Below, piece by piece: positions 27,910 through 32,000 of a DNA stretch of 32,000 bases. Source of the stretch: Candidatus Altimarinota bacterium. GTDB lineage: Bacteria; Patescibacteriota; Gracilibacteria; UBA1369. Position numbers and translations under genes: made by a program. The stretch lies in contig JBAZYK010000010.1 of NCBI GenBank assembly GCA_041659405.1, positions 41,508 through 73,507 on the forward strand, in the 5' to 3' direction. The notes below the pieces were generated by a model that made no database searches, was not told the DNA's origin, and was given only the letters and a program-made list of their open reading frames with translations. Numbering within the stretch: the stretch's first letter is position 1; each line of letters begins with the position of its first letter.

Positions 27910-27937
27910 ATCATTTTGTTAACGTCAACAAAATGAT
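27910..27937. repeat. Perfect 11-bp inverted repeat between hsdS and hsdR
   Basis: ATCATTTTGTT-aacgtc-AACAAAATGAT. Confidence 0.75.
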
Positions 27938-27985
27938 AATAATGCCTATTTAAGCCAAAAACAGTCAATCTAAACCAATAAAACT

Positions 27986-30900
27986 ATGATCCAAGCAAAT
28001 TTTGATGAGGCCAAACAATCCCAGCTGCCTGCGGTGGAGCTGCTTATTAATATGGGCTACAAGTACCTTTCTCCTGCGGAAGTTGATGTGCAGCGCAATA
28101 AGGATCAGTCCAAGTTTATCTTGCAGGATATTGCTTTCAAAAAGCTGATGGAAATCAACTGGTATAACGACATGGGGATTAATTGCCGATTCAGTGAGAA
28201 AAATGTCCATACCGCCATCCAGGAGCTCGAGAATATACCTTTAGAAGGTCTACTTGATACTTCACGCAATGTTTACCATACTTTGATGTCTTCAAGCGGA
28301 AAAACGCTCAAGGAACTTTGTGATGGGAAATTTGAATCTTTTGACTTTAAATTTATCGATTTTGAAAATATTGAGAATAATAACTTCCATGTGACTGTGG
28401 AATTTACCGCTGAAGGAAGGCAAAAAATCAGGCCGGATATTGTGCTTTTTGTGAATGGCATCCCTTTCGCTATCATTGAGAATAAAAAATCAGGCACAAA
28501 AATTGATGAAGCTTTAACACAAATGAATAGAAATCAGGGGCCGGAATATTGCCCAAAGCTTTTTGTTTATCCCCAGCTTTTAATTGGCACGAATAAGACC
28601 GAACTTTTATACGGGACTACCGGAACGCCAAATAAGTTTTATGCGCGTTGGAAAGAAAAGGAAAATCCCAAGTTTGAAGAGAAAATTAATGAACTTATTT
28701 CCAAGCCTATTGAAAGTGCTCTTTATACGCAAATTTGCGCCGATTTAAACGGGGCAACCTTAAATCATGAGCAAATAACCGATAGACTGCCTACGGAGCA
28801 GGATAGAGGCATTGTGGCGCTTTTGGAGCCTAATAGGATGCTTGATCTCGCCAAGAATTTTATTCTTTACGATGCGGGAATTAAAAAGGTTTCCCGTTAT
28901 CAGCAGTATTTTGCCATTCAAAAGAGTTTGAAAACCATTGAAATAGAAAAAACCGGGCCGGTAGGTCTAAGAAGAAATGGTGGTTTGATCTGGCATACGC
29001 AAGGTTCGGGCAAATCTCTGACAATGGTCATGTTTGTCAAAGCCCTGATTGAGGATGAGCGCATTCAAAATCCCCGCATTATTATTGTTACCGATAGAAA
29101 AGACCTGAATAAACAAATCTCGGATACATTTCGGGATTGTAAGCTCAAAAAAGGCGTAGTGGAAGCGACAAGCGGCCAAGAACTTTTAAAACTGATCAAA
29201 GAAAAAAACTTAAATGTTATTACCACTTTGGTTCATAAGTTTGAAAGTGCAAAAAAACACCGTGCCGGGTTTGTTGATGATTCAAAAAACATCTTTGTCC
29301 TGATTGACGAGGCTCATCGAACACAAGGAGGTATGGCCAACGCGGAAATGAATCGAACTATTCCCAACGCCTGCTACATCGGATTTACGGGAACTCCGTT
29401 AATGAAAAAAGAAAAAGCCAGTTGGCTTAAATTTGGTGGATATATAGATAAATATACGATTGATGATGCTTTAAGTGATGGGGTGATTCTGCCGCTAATT
29501 TATGAAGGTCGTTATGTGGAATTAACCCAAAACAAGGAACAAATTGATCGACAAGTTGATCGCATTACAAAAGAGTTGAATCAGGAGCAAAGGCGTGAAC
29601 TTCAAAAATTTGTGGATAAACGCGTTATTCGCAATAATCCGCAAAGAATTGCGGAAATCGCTTACGATATTCAGGAACATTATATTAGAACATTCCAGGG
29701 AACAGGGCTGAAAGCTCAAATTGTTGCTCCTTCAAAATATTCAGCGATTTTATTCCAAAGATTTTTTGAAAGTTTTGGAGAGAAAATCAATACCGCGGTG
29801 ATAATTTCCGAAACTACAACGGATGAGGACGAAAAGGATACGCATAAAAAAGAGGTTTCTGACTTTATTAAAGCGATAAATCACAATTTTAGAGATCTGG
29901 CTTCTTACGAGAAACAAAAGATCAACAGCTTTAAAAAAGGTGATGGCGGGGTTGAAATTTTGATTGTTGTGGACAAACTGCTTACCGGCTTTGATTCACC
30001 GAGAAACACGGTTCTTTATTTGGCCAAAGACCTCAAAGATCATAACTTGCTCCAGGCAATCGCCAGAGTGAATCGAATCTATGAGAATAAAAATATAAAA
30101 TTTCCAAAAACGGCAGGTTTTATCATTGATTATTCCGAAAATGCAAAAAACATCGATACGGCAATGAAATTGTTTGGAAATTATGATGATGCAGACATTA
30201 AAAACACTTTGATTGATGTAATAGCTAAAAAAGTTGAACTTGAATCCAGTTATGAGGCGTTGCACGAGATGTTCAAGGAACTTAAAGGTTCAAAAGACGA
30301 TGAAGCTTATATTCAAAAGTTGGCTGATGAACAGGAACGCACACTTTTTTATAAAGCATTGAACACATTTATACGGCAATTTAATGAATGCCTTGCTCTT
30401 CAGGACTTTTCAATCGGTTTTCCTCATCTGGATACATACAAAATGGATCTTAAAAAGTTTTTGGAACTTAGGAAAACGGCACATCTGAAATATGCCGATA
30501 CGGACGACTTTTCCGAGTATAAATTGCAGCTCGTTAAAATCCTGGACCAATTCATTGATGCAAAAGAAGTTGAAGTGCTGACAAAGCAAATCAATATTAA
30601 TGATGCAGAGGCATTTGCCGAGGCTATAGCCAATTTGGGCTCAAATAAGTCAAAGGCGGAAGCAATAGCGGCACAAATTCAAAGAACAATTACGGAAGAA
30701 GCAGAGAAAGATCCTGAATTCTATAATCGTTTTTCGGAAAAGGTTAAAAAGCTTTTAGAGAAATTAAGAGAAGGGAAAATTGCCGATATTGAAGCCTTAA
30801 ATGGAATCAAAGAAATTAAATCACAAGTATTAGCTAAAGAAGATGATGAAATTCCTGCAAAAATTCGTGAGAAAACCGGTGCGGATATTTTTTATAGGAA

Positions 30901-31171
30901 TCTAAAAGACATTCTGCTGAGATACAATGTGGGGGAAGAAGAGATTGTTGATATTATTTTGGACATATTCAACATTCTGAAAGCTGAAACGATTGTAGAT
31001 TGGCATAAAAATAACGAGGTCAAAAGAGTCATTACGAACAAACTGGACGATTACCTATATGACATCGTAAAGCTAAAAAAGGGCGTTGATCTGAGTAATG
31101 AGGATTTACAAGGTCTTCTTTCAACAATTATTGATCTTGCCTGTAATAACAATGGAATTTTCCAAGCATGA
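27986..31171 (+). CDS. hsdR: Type I restriction endonuclease subunit R (HsdR)
   Basis: 1061 aa. RPDIVLFVNGIPFAIIENK (nuclease core), GGLIWHTQGSGKSLTMVMF (Walker A), FVLIDEAHRTQGG (DEAH), IGFTGTPL, IVVDKLLTGFDSP. Confidence 0.97.
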   Translation: MIQANFDEAKQSQLPAVELLINMGYKYLSPAEVDVQRNKDQSKFILQDIAFKKLMEINWYNDMGINCRFSEKNVHTAIQELENIPLEGLLDTSRNVYHTLMSSSGKTLKELCDGKFESFDFKFIDFENIENNNFHVTVEFTAEGRQKIRPDIVLFVNGIPFAIIENKKSGTKIDEALTQMNRNQGPEYCPKLFVYPQLLIGTNKTELLYGTTGTPNKFYARWKEKENPKFEEKINELISKPIESALYTQICADLNGATLNHEQITDRLPTEQDRGIVALLEPNRMLDLAKNFILYDAGIKKVSRYQQYFAIQKSLKTIEIEKTGPVGLRRNGGLIWHTQGSGKSLTMVMFVKALIEDERIQNPRIIIVTDRKDLNKQISDTFRDCKLKKGVVEATSGQELLKLIKEKNLNVITTLVHKFESAKKHRAGFVDDSKNIFVLIDEAHRTQGGMANAEMNRTIPNACYIGFTGTPLMKKEKASWLKFGGYIDKYTIDDALSDGVILPLIYEGRYVELTQNKEQIDRQVDRITKELNQEQRRELQKFVDKRVIRNNPQRIAEIAYDIQEHYIRTFQGTGLKAQIVAPSKYSAILFQRFFESFGEKINTAVIISETTTDEDEKDTHKKEVSDFIKAINHNFRDLASYEKQKINSFKKGDGGVEILIVVDKLLTGFDSPRNTVLYLAKDLKDHNLLQAIARVNRIYENKNIKFPKTAGFIIDYSENAKNIDTAMKLFGNYDDADIKNTLIDVIAKKVELESSYEALHEMFKELKGSKDDEAYIQKLADEQERTLFYKALNTFIRQFNECLALQDFSIGFPHLDTYKMDLKKFLELRKTAHLKYADTDDFSEYKLQLVKILDQFIDAKEVEVLTKQININDAEAFAEAIANLGSNKSKAEAIAAQIQRTITEEAEKDPEFYNRFSEKVKKLLEKLREGKIADIEALNGIKEIKSQVLAKEDDEIPAKIREKTGADIFYRNLKDILLRYNVGEEEIVDIILDIFNILKAETIVDWHKNNEVKRVITNKLDDYLYDIVKLKKGVDLSNEDLQGLLSTIIDLACNNNGIFQA

Positions 31172-31872
31172 AAATAAATATATTTAAATTTGGGAAATAT
31201 TCATACGAGTACTATTTGGTGCTGCAGGATCGTAAAACCGTTGCACTAACGGTTCAACCAAGCTTAAATATTATTTTAAAATGCCCATTTGGGTATGATG
31301 CTGCTAAAATTGAAAGATTTTTAAAAAGAAAATGGCTATGGCTAGAGAAACAAGTGCAGTATTTTAGAAAATACAGGAAGGATACAAGTAAAAAAGAATA
31401 TGTTTCGGGCGAAAGTTTTTTATACTTGGGACGACAATATAAGCTTTTGATAAAAGCAGGCAAGAGTCCAGAAGTTAGGCTTGAGAAAGGGAAAATTACG
31501 GTATTTACAAAACAAATTTCTCAAGATCGAACCGCAAACAAAAAACTTCTTGATAAGTGGTTTGAGGAACGAACCAAATCAGTCCTTACGTTACGATTTA
31601 AAGAGATGATAAGAAAATTTAACTATGACTTCGTTCCTCACCTTACGACCAGAAAAATGCCAAAACGATGGGGCAGCTATTTATCAAGTAAAAAAATCAT
31701 CCTAAACCCATTGTTGATAAGGGCATCCAAGGATTGCATCGATTACGTCATTGTGCACGAGCTATGCCACATGAAATACAAGCATCACGATAAGAATTTC
31801 TTTAAATTGCAGGAGTCAATCATCCCTAATTGGAAAGGAGTAAAAGAGAAACTTGAATTGAGATTTTTGTAA
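31168..31872 (+). CDS. YgjP/DUF45-like zinc metallopeptidase
   Basis: 234 aa. CIDYVIVHELCHMKYKHHDKNFFKL (HExxH...H) and KRWGSYLSSKKIILNPLLI. Overlaps the hsdR stop by ATGA (31168-31171). Confidence 0.92.
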   Translation: MKINIFKFGKYSYEYYLVLQDRKTVALTVQPSLNIILKCPFGYDAAKIERFLKRKWLWLEKQVQYFRKYRKDTSKKEYVSGESFLYLGRQYKLLIKAGKSPEVRLEKGKITVFTKQISQDRTANKKLLDKWFEERTKSVLTLRFKEMIRKFNYDFVPHLTTRKMPKRWGSYLSSKKIILNPLLIRASKDCIDYVIVHELCHMKYKHHDKNFFKLQESIIPNWKGVKEKLELRFL

Positions 31873-31879
31873 AATATAA

Positions 31880-32000
31880 TGGTCCCGCAAAATCGGACAG
31901 AAAAATGGGGTATGCTAAGAGAGGTTTTTAACCCCAAAAATTATGCCAAAAGGTATACGGAAACAGTACGATGGAGCGTTCAAACTTAAAGTTATCCTGG
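31880..32000 (+). mobile_element. Left end of an IS3-like insertion sequence, truncated by the window edge
   Basis: IR-like TGGTCCCGCAAAATCGGACAG at 31880, followed by an OrfA-like start. Confidence 0.65.
31943..32000 (+). CDS. N-terminus of an IS3-family transposase OrfA-like protein (partial)
   Basis: ATG at 31943 translates MPKGIRKQYDGAFKLKVIL, which matches the 'Y...FK.KV.L' opening of IS3 OrfA. Confidence 0.65.
   Translation, partial: MPKGIRKQYDGAFKLKVIL

Noticed and set aside
1-32000. Possible recoding of TGA as sense codon
   Set aside because: TGA is used as the stop in ATGA overlaps (9792-9795, 31168-31171), and the ORFs are intact with the standard code.
1-32000. CRISPR array
   Set aside because: I saw no regularly spaced direct repeats with unique spacers on reading through the intergenic regions.

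Overview
The window reads as one continuous piece of a compact bacterial chromosome. The style resembles a small-genome, CPR/Patescibacteria-like lineage, but that placement is an inference. TGA is used as a stop in several ATGA overlaps, so the genetic code looks standard. The left two thirds is mostly housekeeping and envelope genes: a large secreted protein with W-rich repeats, a membrane GT2 glycosyltransferase, phosphoglucomutase/phosphomannomutase, an archaeal-type NMN adenylyltransferase, NadE, SmpB, a small two-gene unit with a DUF2188-like protein, AsnS, three hypothetical alpha-helical/low-complexity proteins, Maf, an ABC exporter, an AlkD-like protein, a membrane acyltransferase-like protein, and an unusual SLH-plus-amidohydrolase surface protein. 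The right third (about 21.17-31.87 kb) is a same-strand type I restriction-modification island. Its order is half-HsdS, HsdM, an AlbA_2/HATPase-like protein, an unknown acidic protein, an unknown two-TM protein with a TPR-like C-terminus, full HsdS, HsdR, and a YgjP/DUF45-like metallopeptidase. The start of an IS3-like element abuts it at the right edge. The best candidate for something undescribed is this expanded type I island: two different specificity subunits, an unknown two-gene cassette, and different perfect inverted repeats at three gene junctions. The second candidate is the SLH-amidohydrolase/acyltransferase pair.
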